A stretch of DNA of 64,000 bases from Sphaerodactylus townsendi (lineage: Eukaryota). A program made the translations under genes and the position numbers. The notes below the pieces were generated by a model, which searched no databases, was not told the DNA's origin, and worked only from the letters and a program-made list of their open reading frames with translations. Shown piece by piece: positions 25,410-38,589 of this stretch (position 1 is the stretch's first letter; each line of letters starts with the position of its first letter). The stretch lies in NCBI RefSeq assembly GCF_021028975.2, contig NC_059428.1, positions 107,384,001 through 107,448,000 of the forward strand, given 5' to 3'.

Positions 25410-27289
25410 TAACCACTATTCCAAATTAGCTGACTAATCCAGAGCTAGACCAGTGTAGGTTAGTAGCACAATAACTTGTCCAAATGTGACTGGTAGAGAT
25501 TTGAGTAACTTTGCTAACAGAGGGAAGAGCAGTATTGCATCGAGATCACCTGTTAGTTTGTGTGAAATGAGAGAGGAGAGGAACCAGTTGTCTAGATGAG
25601 CATTTGTAAAGGGAGGTTTGTTAAGAATGGCTGGTTAAGAATAATAGATTTATAAAATTTATTCCCAATCCACAACAGCCAACAAAATGTGAATGCATTT
25701 TTCTTCATATTGTAACACTTGTCTTATAAGGTGATCAACAAATGGTAGCTAATATGGATAATTAGATGCAAATGAGACACCTGGTTTTATTTTTTTTACG
25801 ATGTCATTTTAAAATTGGTTTGTTATGTAAAAGTGTTCTTTTAACAGATGCATGTACACTCTTACAAGTTACACCCGTGCACTGAGAGTCACGAAGATAT
25901 ATTTTTCAAAACATTGCATGTCTGTTTCAGAGAAATCCTTGTATGCCTGCTCTGCATGACTGCCCTGCATGTTTTGCTGATGAAAAATAATTTTGAACCT
26001 TCCCACATAAGAAATGGACCTGTGTTTTGTGCTTTAAAAAGATCAGTGAAAAAACAAATACATGTTTGACCTGGGATTCCAATATTATGAAGCATTGTCG
26101 CCATTGGTGAAATGCCTATAGGTCGATGGATGACCTTAAAACATAACAGAGGCTGGTCCCCTCCCCCAGCCAGATCTTGGCACAATGGCACAAGTAGCAT
26201 GCCAGCTTACTCCTTATGGAGCATAGGAGGCCTATGGGCACCTTGTTTTTAGCTATTACATTTTTTATGATACATTTATTTAAGAATGTTGTTTATACCC
26301 ATTTTTACTCAGGGCGTCTTAAAGAGAATACCAAAAATGTCCAATATTGATTACGACAATGAAAAAAAATGACTGTCATAGCTAGGGACCAGTTGGGCCC
26401 TACGAACATTAAAAAAGATATAGGAAAACCAGAAACTCTCAATTTGAACCAGCATTGTAGAGCCTGTTATTCATTCACCTGCAACAGCACAGCTGGGAGC
26501 TTCAAAATGGAGTTCCCTTCAGCAGCAAAGCACTCGGCAGCCACGCAGCTCTGCCCGCCACTTCCCAATTCTTTCCGTGCCAGAGTTCCTGCTGTTTTGT
26601 GGGCAGAAACAGCCGGGAAGAACAGGAAGACCCACAGAGGGCAGAACATACAGCAGAGTTCTTCCTAGAGAGTAAACATCACACTTTAAGTGGTTTAAAA
26701 AATCGTGGGGCTTTGACCATCAGAGGCGGCGGTAACCCCAAAAAGCCTAATGAGTGTGCAACCAAGGGGATCAGCCAAAGGGGGAATGAAGCATGAACAT
26801 GAAGGAGACCATGCATGTATAATGGCCCAAAGTCTAGAAAGGAGTTCACTGCACTGCATGGTTTGTTGCCCGCAACTTTTGTTTTTCAGTTGACTTCGTA
26901 AACCTCGAGTTTTTCCATGAGTCTGCTTGTTGGCTTTAACATTTTTCACTTAAATAAAAAGTGCACAAGTGAGGTAATGATTCTAAGGAGATTCTCTGGG
27001 GTAGTAAAAGCAGAAGGAAGAGTGATGCCCTTGGGGAATCTGACTAGTGTGAGGGCACAGATGAGACCAAAATGTTGTGGAAGAGTCCAGATTCATTCAT
27101 TCACTTGATGTCAGTACTTCTCCTGACTTTGCTAAAGACTATGTGTTTGCTTGAAAGGGCAAGGGTATAATCCTTTCCCTCCACTGCTCTGCAGAAGGTG
27201 GCTTTCATGGTATAAAGAGCCCTCTTAGATGTTACAGTTGCTTGTGCTCCAAGTAGCCTGCATGACAGGGAAGTGAGAAGGAGCTATAC

Positions 27290-27610
27290 CAGAGGTGGAG
27301 TGCTCACAGGGACATTTGGGGTCACATGTCCCCGGGCACATGCCATCTGGTCACATGGGGCAGAGAACTGCTCCACACACCCCTCCCCACAGGCCCGCCC
27401 TGCCAGGCTGCTCCTTTAGTCAGTGGAGTCTCCACCAGCTGAAGGAGCAGCCTGGCAGGGCGGGCCGAGTGGTGCCTGGCAGTGTGAGGCCAAGGGGCAG
27501 CCCACAGCAGGCTCCCACCGGCTAAGGTAAGTGGAGTGTGGGGGGTGTAGGGGCGGGGGGACCAGATCAGGTGTTGCCCCAGGCACCATTCCCCCCCCCC
27601 CACACCTCTG
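27290..27610. mobile_element. hAT MITE
   Basis: TIR CAGAGGTG...CACCTCTG. 8-bp TSD AGCTATAC (27282-27289) / AGCTGTAC (27611-27618). Internal inverted repeat cccgccctgccaggctgctcctt / aaggagcagcctggcagggcggg. Confidence 0.8.
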
Positions 27611-29056
27611 AGCTGTACTATTGGATCCTATCTGAGAAGCCCAGATGGAAAGAGATTGATTAGCTCACCTAGGTTACATTCTTCTCCTGCCATTCTCTAT
27701 CAAAGCATCTGTCCATTAGGAATACAAAGGAACATGAATAGCCCTCCTGGTGTAAAACTGCTGCATCCAAAGGTTAGACTGGATTCTTCTCACCTTGTGT
27801 ATATAAAGCTCTGGTGTTCTATTCACTACACAAAGAGACAATGGGTCATAGATTTGCAAAAACAAAGAACTAATTGTATAGTCCACTTTTACAAGCGCCA
27901 ATAGCACACGCTTTAATTTTATTTGTATAAAGCATCACTGAATTAAAATGACTGGACTGGAGCCTGTATGTTTGTGTCTTCGTGCTACTATCCATCTAAA
28001 ATTAAGAACACTGGAGCCTCATTGATTTCAACTTTGGAGTTAAGCATATGGTTAAATCATTTCCACTGAAATCAATAAAACTTAAACTGTTTAACTTTGA
28101 TTGGACCATATCCATATTGTTTAATATGCATATTAAATGAAAAATTACAATTCAGTGGACTGCCTCGGCATACTGGAAATGACTAATAAGGAATAAAAAT
28201 GTACAAAATGACCCCAGTGACTTAGTGGTTTATTAATTCTAATTCACTTATTTTCATGACTTCTTTGAACTGTATTATGACTCATATTTTTTGCCAATAA
28301 ATAGACAAATTACGCAGGTGTTATCTCTCCTTTGCCCTTGCTTAACTGTGTACGTGTGATCTATATGACCCAGCTGTTGTTGATGAAAAGTGCCATGAGC
28401 CAGGAACACCTGGACATTTTCTTTGGTACATGTGCTACACCACCTATCACATTTTTCAGTGAAGCAATCCTCTATATTTGCATTTGTGATCTCTAAAATG
28501 TGTAACGTTACAGGATCTTATATTAATTAATTTGGCCCATGCCCACATGAACCGGCTTTTGTTTTCAGAAGTGGCACATAACTAGATTCCCTCCAAAGAA
28601 AATGAACGTTCTTCAAAAGATGTGGCAATGAAGAGACCCCAGGATACATCACTGAGGTTTTATCGAATTCAAAACACAATATTCCAATCTTCTCTGCTAT
28701 TCTCTACAATAACAGTGGAAGAAACTGCTGCAAAACTATAATGACAAACTTTGCCATCTTGTAAAATAAAATAATTAGCAGCTCTTTCTTGGCCAGCTTT
28801 CCATTCATATTGGTTTTTGGAGAAAGCAGCAGTGCACTCCATGAAAGATGCCAGAGAATGTACTTGCTCTAAAACAGTGTTAATGCTTTCAGGTTTTTCA
28901 GTACCTCTAAAGGGTTTTGTTTAAATTTAGCTAGATTATGAAGTAATCCCAGATTCTTTTATTACTAGTCAAAGTAAACTGTGGATTTTTGGGTTTTATC
29001 ATTGTTTTAGTGTGCTTTTATGATGTTTTGCTTACACTGTAAACTGAGTTCCCCAA

Positions 29057-29209
29057 NNNNNNNNNNNNNNNNNNNNNNNNNNNNNNNNNNNNNNNNNNNN
29101 NNNNNNNNNNNNNNNNNNNNNNNNNNNNNNNNNNNNNNNNNNNNNNNNNNNNNNNNNNNNNNNNNNNNNNNNNNNNNNNNNNNNNNNNNNNNNNNNNNNN
29201 NNNNNNNNN
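29057..29209. other. Assembly gap (N run)
   Basis: 153 N. Confidence 0.99.
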
Positions 29210-29859
29210 CAGTAATCATTAGACTGCTGCAGTCAAATGAATTTACTTGTCTGTCTCTTGAGGATACCCAGATACATGTTAGCTTTTGGTGTTTGTATTG
29301 GTAGTTTTACAGAAGATTCTGCTTTGCTCAGAGTATGTTTCTTCTACTATCTGGTTGCTGAGTAGTCAAAAAGAATCAAACAAGAACTGTGCTTGCACGC
29401 TTTTTTTAGCCCCAGGTATCTAAGTATGTTCACTATAACCTTACTTGTACAATTGTATATGCAAATATTTATTTATCTGTGTAGCTATCTATGTAACCCT
29501 AAAGAAAGTTACTCCTATTTAGCTCATTCTTTGTCTCGGATTGTACTGTATCTATCTGTCTATAAGCAACATTATACACACTTACGCAGCACTTTAAATC
29601 TCTAAATTGCAAACTACTTTTAGCTATCAGTTACCTGGAATTACCTGATTATTCCTTTGTTTTCAGCCTCCAAAAAGAACAGAATACTAATTACAAAAGA
29701 CTGATTCATTTTCTCTTCCAACTTTTCTTTCCATGTGGTTCAAACCTTTATCTTTCAAAGTCAAGGGTGCCCAGGCAAAACATTGGAAATCTGAATTGAG
29801 CTTTTAAAAAAAACATTCAATGTTAAATATTAGCTGGGTACAAAACTCCATATAATGGC

Positions 29860-30049
29860 NNNNNNNNNNNNNNNNNNNNNNNNNNNNNNNNNNNNNNNNN
29901 NNNNNNNNNNNNNNNNNNNNNNNNNNNNNNNNNNNNNNNNNNNNNNNNNNNNNNNNNNNNNNNNNNNNNNNNNNNNNNNNNNNNNNNNNNNNNNNNNNNN
30001 NNNNNNNNNNNNNNNNNNNNNNNNNNNNNNNNNNNNNNNNNNNNNNNNN
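29860..30049. other. Assembly gap (N run)
   Basis: 190 N, abutting SINE sequence. Confidence 0.99.
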
Positions 30050-30242
30050 ATATGGAGCCCGTAGCGTTTTCAAGGCAAGATATGTTCAGAGGTGATTTTC
30101 CATTGCCTGCCTCTGTGTGGGCTGAAAGAGTTTGGGAGAACTGTGATTGGCCCAAGGTCACCTAGCAGGCTTCATGTGGAGAAGTAGGGAATTGAACCCA
30201 GTTCTCCAGATTAGAGTCCATCTCTCTTAACCAATATGCCAA
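30050..30242 (-). mobile_element. Squam3-like head joined to a Sauria/RTE-type tail, just upstream of the FGF14 acceptor
   Basis: ttttcaaggcaaga...ccattgcctgcctctg followed by ctgaaagagtttgggagaactgtgattggcccaaggtcacc...tcttaacca. Confidence 0.65.
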
Positions 30243-30288
30243 ACCCCTACTTAGTATTATTCTTTAACATTTTTTCTTTCTCTTGCAG

Positions 30289-30487
30289 GAACTTTTTACA
30301 GCAGAATGCAAATTTAAGGAGTCTGTTTTTGAAAACTATTATGTAATCTACTCATCAATGCTCTACAGACAACAAGAATCAGGTAGGGCCTGGTTCCTGG
30401 GGCTCAACAAAGAAGGGCAAGTCATGAAAGGTAACAGAGTGAAGAAGACAAAACCAGCAGCTCATTTTCTACCGAAGCCATTGGAAG
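30289..30487 (+). CDS. FGF14: Fibroblast growth factor 14 (FHF4), penultimate coding exon (199 nt)
   Basis: Translates [66 protein letters not shown], the FGF14 core. Preceded by a pyrimidine tract and ttgcag acceptor, followed by a G|gtaagg donor (phase 1). Confidence 0.97.
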
Positions 30488-30554
30488 GTAAGGTTTCTGT
30501 GGCACAGCCATATAGATGGAAGGCTCAAACTACACTTTATATTGGGAGAACCAT

Positions 30555-30750
30555 GATAGGTTGGGAAGCGCCATGGTTTAATGATAGAGGGTCTGCTTAG
30601 TATGCAGGTTCAATCCCCAACATCTCCTTTTTAAAAATATCAGGTAGTAGTTGATGCGAAAGACCCTGAAAAGCTATTGCCAGTCAGAGTAGACAACATA
30701 ACCCTGACAGACCAATGGCCTGACCCAGTGTCAAAATTTGCTTGTGTTAC
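30555..30750 (+). mobile_element. Squam2-like tRNA SINE
   Basis: B box ggttcaatccc, then gaccctg...tgccagtcagagtagacaa...gaccaatgg. Confidence 0.55.
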
Positions 30751-32903
30751 TTGTCATCTCTCAACTTCTTGTTTTGTTTTTTACTGTGGGATGAGGGCCT
30801 GCTAATTTGATTGGGAAAGTGATACCGGAAGGTATGGCATTTAACCCATTCTCACATGCTGATATCCCAATCTAAAATACTGTCATTCTAACTGCTAGTT
30901 GCTTTGCAGGAGAGCATGTGAGTTACAGCAAATGTGCTTACCTTTTAGAATGAGTTATGACTGATAAACTTGAAGTCTAGATATTCTACTTGAGGAGGCA
31001 AAAGGTCAGTCAAAGTCAAGAGTTTATTGACAGACCTGCTGATGTTTGACACTCATTCATCTCAAGCTGCATACAGAAAAATCCAGTTCAGAATGCAGCA
31101 CAGCAAAAAGTCTAAATAAAACACCCAGGAGGCAGTCTCACAATGTGAAATCCACTGTCAGTTTCCCTAAGACTAATTGAATCCTGTACTTCAGTATCAA
31201 CATTTAGAAATAAAGCTTCCATAATTTTGTGTGATTTTGACTTCCTTTTAAAAAAAGATTTCTGCAGGCTTGTAGAAAGTTGTGCCTTGTCTGCCCATGG
31301 CCCCAGTGTCTGGATTTAAGTGTCTGCATATGGGGCCACTTTGAGAATAAGACATATGGCTATATATGTATATATTTTCAAATCATACAGGGAACAACAG
31401 AACAGGCAGTTCAGAAAGTTAAAGGGAAAATTCTAATTTCTCTGTGAGGCAGATATTCTATAGGATGGTGAAAGTATGATCAACTGTCTATAAACAAAAA
31501 GTTTCTCTTTTCAAAAATCACTACCTGTTGGCAGACTGGTGAAAGGTTCCAAATGAACAATTATGCTTGAAGGCAAACTTGAATCCAGCCAATGGGGAAG
31601 TTATCTTTGAAGCTAGTCTCCCAGTGTGATTGTTAATTACAAGTAGCAATTGGACTGGAAAACATGCTATTAAAGTGTTGTTTTTGCTCAGTGTGTACTA
31701 TTTAACCTTGGTACATATTTATCAGGTTAAAACAGCCTTATACTTAATGCTTAGGGGGAAAAAACTTGTTAATTTTAAAGGTATCATAAGACTTTTGTTT
31801 ATTTTTTCTGCAACAGACTATTATAGGAATTCTTCTGGTTATAATCTGGTTATCATTTGCCAGGACATGAATTGGCCTTGAGGGCATAAGGGTGTGACAG
31901 GTCCCTGGGACACCTTGGCTGTTTCCTGCTCTGGGATCTGTCTGCTCTCAGGGCAGTTAGGGATCAGTTTTATAGACAAATCGTGTACTAGGAGAGTTCC
32001 TAGGTCCTTATTCAACAAAGAATGGACTAAGCAGCCTTAGTAAGAAGCTGGAGGCAATAAAACTCTGCACCCTGAAACAAGCTTTGGGTTACCCCATGAT
32101 CAGCAGACCATCCCTTCTGAAAGGCCTGGTCTTATTATCCCAAATGCATTTCTCTATCACAATGGTGTAAATTAGATTTTTCTGTACAACTGCCCTATGG
32201 TTTTAATTCCATATATTCTAAAATTTCAATGAAAAGTAGATGTCTCTGCTTGCACCTGACATTTTGTGTGTAGCTGACGGAATTCGCCCAGCCACCATTT
32301 GCTGAAGGTTGCCTCAGGACGTTTGCTCTGCAGGCTCTGATACTGGGCACCTTTTCTGCCTGAAAAGTATACAGTTGTATTCAGATGGTGCTGCCGATTC
32401 CAGCAATATATAATTTTCATTTTTCCCCTTTAATTTTGGAGGAGCTATTTTCGAAAATATGCAGACACATATAAAAGAATCTAAGCCACTCAGAGGATTC
32501 CCATTGAATAGCATTGGGACTGCGGAGGACAGGTCTACTGCTTCTCAATGGGTGGTAGATCTGCTATTTCTGCTATCATGGGCCACGCAAATTTACAGCT
32601 AATCATAAACTGGATTTCTCACTAGTAAGAACCAATGATGTCTTTGGATTGCTTTGGATTGCGGGTTCAGGCTGCAATTTGAGATATAGCAGAAAAGTTA
32701 AAAATTGTGGGCTTGTGGCAAAAACATAAATACCATTTAAAAATTCTTGCATTAAAGCTTCCAGCACAACTGTCAGTGATATACACAAAGAATGCAGGGG
32801 ATGAAATGTTGAAAGAAGGTTTTTTCTATGAACAATTGCTAGCATTTTACTTACCCACTCATTTCTTTTTCTCATACAATTCTCTGCCCCTCTTCCTATT
32901 TAG

Positions 32904-33040
32904 TTGCCATGTATCGAGAACCATCTTTGCATGACGTTGGAGAAACAGTGCCAAAGGCCGGGGTGACTCCAAGTAAAAGCACAAGCGCATCGGCAATAAT
33001 GAATGGAGGCAAACCAGTTAACAAGAGTAAGACAACATAG
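32904..33040 (+). CDS. FGF14: FGF14 terminal coding exon (137 nt, ends at TAG 33038-33040)
   Basis: After the cctatttag acceptor it continues in phase as (V)AMYREPSLHDVGETVPKAGVTPSKSTSASAIMNGGKPVNKSKTT*, the FGF14-specific C-terminus. The ORF track does not show this frame. Confidence 0.97.
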
Positions 33041-36000
33041 CCAGGTCCGCATGGGTATTGTGACTTACTGAGCTCTCTAAGTACGGCTGAGCGCTTTATC
33101 CTTGCAAGACTGTCTCACTCTAGCATCTGCGGATCAGCTGGAGACAAGCAAATGCTTTCTCTCCGCTTGTTCCAAACTAGGCTGTTGCAAACGGATAAAT
33201 GTCAACCCGTTTAGGTCCTCCCGCAGCAAAGAAGACACCTGGATAAACCAGCTGAACTCAGACCATGGAATGCCCTACCAGATATGGAATGCCTTTTTAA
33301 TATCTTTTCTGTGACTGTGACACCTCATGTGAATGACATACTTCACAAGTACACTTGATATCCTGCCTGCTGACAGTTACCCATAACCCCCCCCCCCTTT
33401 CAAGTCCAGGAAACCCACGTGTTTTAAGTTCGATTTTGTAGCACACAAAATAATATCAAGTAATTTCTAGATAGATGCTGTAAACCTGTGCTATTATGGA
33501 TTTTCTCTTCTCTCCCCTTTTTTACGAGGCTGCTCGCTCTGCTGTCTGTGTGACTCCTTTGCAGGGATTGTGTTTCTCTCAGATTTAAATGTTGCTGGTG
33601 GCTTAGTTTTGAAAAAAAAGCAATCAGGGAATCAGGGGAGCCTTCAAAACCCCCTTAGGAATTGTATCTGTCAAAGAAGAGAGCATTGTCTCAGAGTGAC
33701 CAACGGGAATTCGACGTGACTTCAGTGAGCTCCTGAGGTTGGCATTACTGTGGAGGGGGAAAGCATCAAATAAGGCTTATCAACAATCTCTTGAGGCCAA
33801 TGTTTGACATTCCCTGGTAGTTCCTTTTTGTGTGTGTGTTTTATACATATCACAGGCTTACTGGCAATGGTAACATTTGCCTTGCCCAGCGAGCAAGACC
33901 CACACATTTTTGGGAAAGTGGGTCCAAAGAACTCTGTAGGCCTTGTAGGCCTGAATTAAGGCTCATTTTTTTCATCTACTAGTCATTATTTGAAAGTCAA
34001 AACAATAGTTAAGATGAATGAGAACTGCGCTACCTAAACCCATTCCCCTCCAACCCCCCAACCCGCAATATCTTTTTCCTGTTTTTAATGAATGGAACGT
34101 AATCCCATCCTTATTTTTTGGCTGTAAACCATCCTCTTACTCAGTAAAGCATGGGCAAGGAAATTATTGTGTTCTTTTTCGCAGCACCAATGCAAAGGGT
34201 AGTTACAAAATATACTTTACTATTTTCAGTGTTTAAAAAAAAGAGGGAAGTTTTTAAACAGGACGTATTTAAAGAATTCTTTTGTGTTTATTTTTTAAAA
34301 AGCTCAGCATGCAGAATTCAATGCTCTGTGTATTATTTCACCCGTACTCCGGTACTACATCTTTCCAGGTCAGCTTCTTAGGATAATATAGGCCCACCAA
34401 ATTGCTAGGTTTACGGTGCCTTGCCTTGATCTCAGTATTGTTTTCATTGTACTATTACATGAACCTAGGAAATTCAAACATGACCACATGGCCAAGATCT
34501 TTTATTATTCGTTGGAGTGTGTCATCCCCCCCCCCCCGCCCGGCGCCCTTACAAAGGAAAACCCTGCTGTGGATATTTCCTGGTTACCAATTTAGAATGA
34601 TGCGGTCAGTTTAGAATTCCCAGGATAATGGTCACGAGTTTTAGAAAACAGGGGGAAATGCTATGAGACACTGAATAAACAGGAAAGGAGTTGGAAAATA
34701 TTTCTGAGTCAACTTCACAAAAATAGAAAGCTTGATATGGACCAAAATGTACCTCAATTCTGGAAAACCACGTATGAGACTACTGGAGGTTCATGTTTAA
34801 TGTTAACTCATTTCTTGTTCTGTTTCAATACAGTATTTCAGAAAGATTTTCAAAGTTCTATCCTGCTCAGGTGGCTACAGGTCGATGACTGATTAAACTC
34901 TTGATGCATAATATGATTTTCATCTTGGCTTCTGTTTTATTACAATTTAATATATGTCCAAGTACAATAGCTTTGAATTAGGATTACATAAAATTATCAT
35001 TTGACTATCTATTTTTTTTGCTTTGTTTCCATTTGAGACTGTTGAAAGTTGGTTCTTATCAACTCAATGAGCAAAGCACACTAAAAGACATTCAGTTTCC
35101 AAGCACTCAAAATGACACATAGAGAGCAAACAAACAAACCCTACAGAGGTATATTAAAACAATCATCTGCGCAAAAATAAACTCTGGCCATTTTTTCACC
35201 TAGTAGTTTCTAGAGAAGATATTTCTGTGAAGCACCCTCTTTCATTTTGTTGGGATTTTCTCCCACCACAATGGAAGGGTGACATCTAGTGCTCTCTTGC
35301 CTTATTATGTGCTCAAGGATCACCAGGTGACCTCGCCTATTGAAAAGGCCCTAATCTTGCAGAATAAGCTGTGTGGTAGTGCTGAAACTGAAGGGTCTTT
35401 GGCCTGGTCTGCCAACGTTACTTGTTTTAATCTCAGTTCTGAATTGTTTTGTGTTTCACCTGTAACACCTCAATGCATACAGCCTGCTTACATCATTTTG
35501 AACTACATTTCTGTACTTTGCAACTGGGAACCAATAGTTCTGGACAGCTCTGAAATGGGAAAGCAAAATAAAGAGATCTGAAGCATATCTTTTCCAAAAA
35601 AATTTAAACCAATTTCACGCTGTTTTGGAAAGAGGAGAGGAGCTGCCTTGCAGTTTGCAAGCTTGCTTCCAGCACCAAGGTGGGAGCTGTGGAGAATGGT
35701 GACTGAGGTATTATCAACTCGTGTTATGACTTTTGTAAGGCCATCAAAGAAAACACTTATTGCCCTCCTGCATCTAATCATAATGGTACTTGCATAGTTC
35801 TCTGGCTCCATCTTACAACAAATGATTTTAAGGCAGGTATTGCATGGTGGTGGCTACTCCTTATCTGGAGAAGTTTTATGGGCTCAGTTGGCCTCTGTGA
35901 AAAGGATCACCTTCGTTCCACCTACACTTAATTTTCAACAAACTCACACTGAGATTTTTATTGCCATCCCAACCTGGTAACTGGTTAATATATTAAGGCT

Positions 36001-36371
36001 GACTTTATTTTTGTACATGATTGGTACTGTATTGTAAATAGAATAGCATCCCTTTGGGTCATCCACACTGATTGCCTCTATGGGTGTTTACTTGTCTGAC
36101 TGGCTGGGTCTTAAATTAGTTTCTTTGAGAATTTGTCACAGCATAAGAGGAGCGAGTCCCTTGTGCTTTGGTCACTCCTTTAAGTTTGTCTCTTGTCTCA
36201 TATGTTGCATGGGAAGAGGATGGTAATGATGAACTGCATGTAGTAGGCTATATGTATCAGACCTGATGGTATGTACTACTAAATTGACATACATATAAAC
36301 GACAAGTTTGTCTGCATTGTACAGTTTGTGTTTATTACCATTTTTGTTGTATACACAGATGCAACGTATTG

Positions 36372-36377
36372 AATAAA
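36372..36377 (+). terminator. Candidate proximal polyadenylation signal of FGF14
   Basis: AATAAA in AU-rich context with several upstream TGTA motifs. Confidence 0.35.
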
Positions 36378-37404
36378 ATATTTATATGAAGGCATATTGG
36401 ACAAAACATATTTTAAAAAGAGTGTGCAAAGTAACATTGCATTGGCTGCAGTATAACAAAAACACCATGTAAATAGTTTGGCAAAACTCTATTTTCTCTC
36501 CCCTTGACCATGCCAAAGAAAATCTTATATTCTCAATATATTACCTCTCTTGCTGTTTTCCAGGACAAGATGTCACCATTTTATTCCCTCTCAAATTAAT
36601 TTTGCTGTCAAGTAAAATCTTCTGTCTGTTACTTACTGAAGAACTGTACAGTAAATCTGATGGAATCAATTTGTATTGACAGATTGTGTTTGTTGTACTT
36701 TCACGTAGATCTTATGTTTGAGTCTAAGGCATCTCCCATAGCTTGCATGTTCTGTTCTCTTTGATCTGTTGGCTATAGCGTAATCTTCAGGTAGTTGCCA
36801 TGTGCTCTGAGAAAAACACTTTTGTCAGCAATGTGCAAATATGCTTGTGATGAAGGGTGTTTGTTTCATGACGTTCGTTTCAACTTCTGTGGGGAATCAG
36901 ATATATATTCACCCTGAAGCAGAGATCTGTGTGAATTTATGAATTCCGTGTAAATGTTGGGTTCCATATTCATATCAAGAGGGAGCTCCTTCCACTGGGA
37001 AAATGGAGGAAGACAGATTAAGAAGCTCCATGCATTCATTAGAACCTGCATTCTTCACTGGGTCATGGGTTGTCATGGAGTAAGACTGCATCCAAGTCCT
37101 TTGAGCGATTAAAATGAAAAGTTTACTTTTACTTTGGCTACAGTTTATTAAGCAATATTTTGTCAAAAGGTATGAAAAACACATCCCTTACTAACAATAC
37201 TGAAATATTTTTGTTCATTCTAGAAAACATCCCATAGAAACAAATGAATTTTTATTGGTCCACCAATACGTACAATGACCTAATGACATACTACATGAAA
37301 GTACACATATTATTTTACATGTTTACATTTCCTGTTCTTACAGTTGTTTTCAACCTGACGAATGGTTGGTATTAAATTATTTTTCCATACGTTCCATTAG
37401 AAGG

Positions 37405-37828
37405 GCAGCCCAATCCAAAGGGGGTGTCTGGTTGAGTGGCATTCCGGGGACAGCACTAACGCACTGCGTCCAAAGAGCCAATCAGCAGCGCAGGGGCCAG
37501 GGGAGAAGGAAAAACTCCTTTGTCCCCTGGGAAAGGCCACAGTGGAAAATGTCTTATGCCACCTTTTTTCAGTGGCGTGTTTGCCACTGGGAGGGGGTAT
37601 TTCCAGCCTGAAAGTGTATTGGGAACACCCCTGGAAAGCCCCCCCCCTCACTCCACACTGGCATAGGCATTTGCCATCATGGCCAGCCACTGCGAGGCCC
37701 AGCTTCCAGATTTGTTCTCCAGTGCCAGCATCCATGCCGCTTTGCGCTGGTGGCATGGACCCCGACACAACCCTTCTGCTGCTTCCAATGCGGCGTTAGC
37801 TCTCTCCTCCTTTGGACTGCACAGTTAT
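37405..37828. mobile_element. GC-rich MITE (cagcccaatcc-type TIR)
   Basis: Ends cagcccaatccaaagg...cctttggactgcacag; abrupt GC-content change from the AU-rich flanks. Confidence 0.55.
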
Positions 37829-38589
37829 AGTATCTAATAACAAAACATCAATGCAAAAAAGTAAACAACTTCTGGTAATATAGATTTTGGCAGGGCAAAC
37901 AACACTTCCCACCTCCTGCTTATGGCTACAAGTGAAAAATTTAATTAACTTATCTGTTCCTAGGAAGATCATAAATGAATATTAATTTTTTTAAGAAATG
38001 CATATAATTAAGATGCTTTTCAAATTCTGTGTCTTTTATCCTGGGATGCTTAATGCTGATATTTAGAACCAATTAAAGCATTCTGGGGGAGGGGGGGAGC
38101 ACACAGTTTAGTCTTTTACCAGGATGGTTACAGATTGCCATGGAATTTTAAGCAGAGTCGCAATTCAATGGACTTCACCAAAAACATGATTCTGCTTAGG
38201 ACTGCGCTGATAATGTAGGGGTGGGCAATTCCCACCAGTTCTGGCCAAAAATAAATTAGGACCTGAGAAAGTTTTTTTATTATTATTTTATTTTGCTACT
38301 GTATGGCCAGAAGTAACCCAGAAAGCTCTCGTCATTTCCAAACTTGAAATCCCTGTGTGCACCTGGATTTTGACAAATAGCTACAGCAGCATGCTAAGGT
38401 CTTTGTCTGGGGTTACAGAGAACAGGAAGGGGCTCTACACTATTTCAGGATCATGTCCCCTGGACTGAGCACCAAAATCCCTTTAAATGGGATTTTGTCA
38501 GCATTGTGGAACACTTATTTGAATACTCCTTCATATTCTTTTTTAAAAGGCTCTCATCATGCAAAGTTGCAATGTCAGGAAAACGGTGG

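Noticed and set aside
1-30288. Upstream FGF14 exon (TLFNLIPVGLRVVAIQ...-type)
   Set aside because: Not seen by eye or in the ORF track. It probably lies upstream of the window; the small N gaps cannot be inspected.
30488-30600. Extension of the 105-aa ORF past KPLE
   Set aside because: It runs through the G|gtaagg donor into intron and SINE sequence; the true C-terminus is at 32904-33040.
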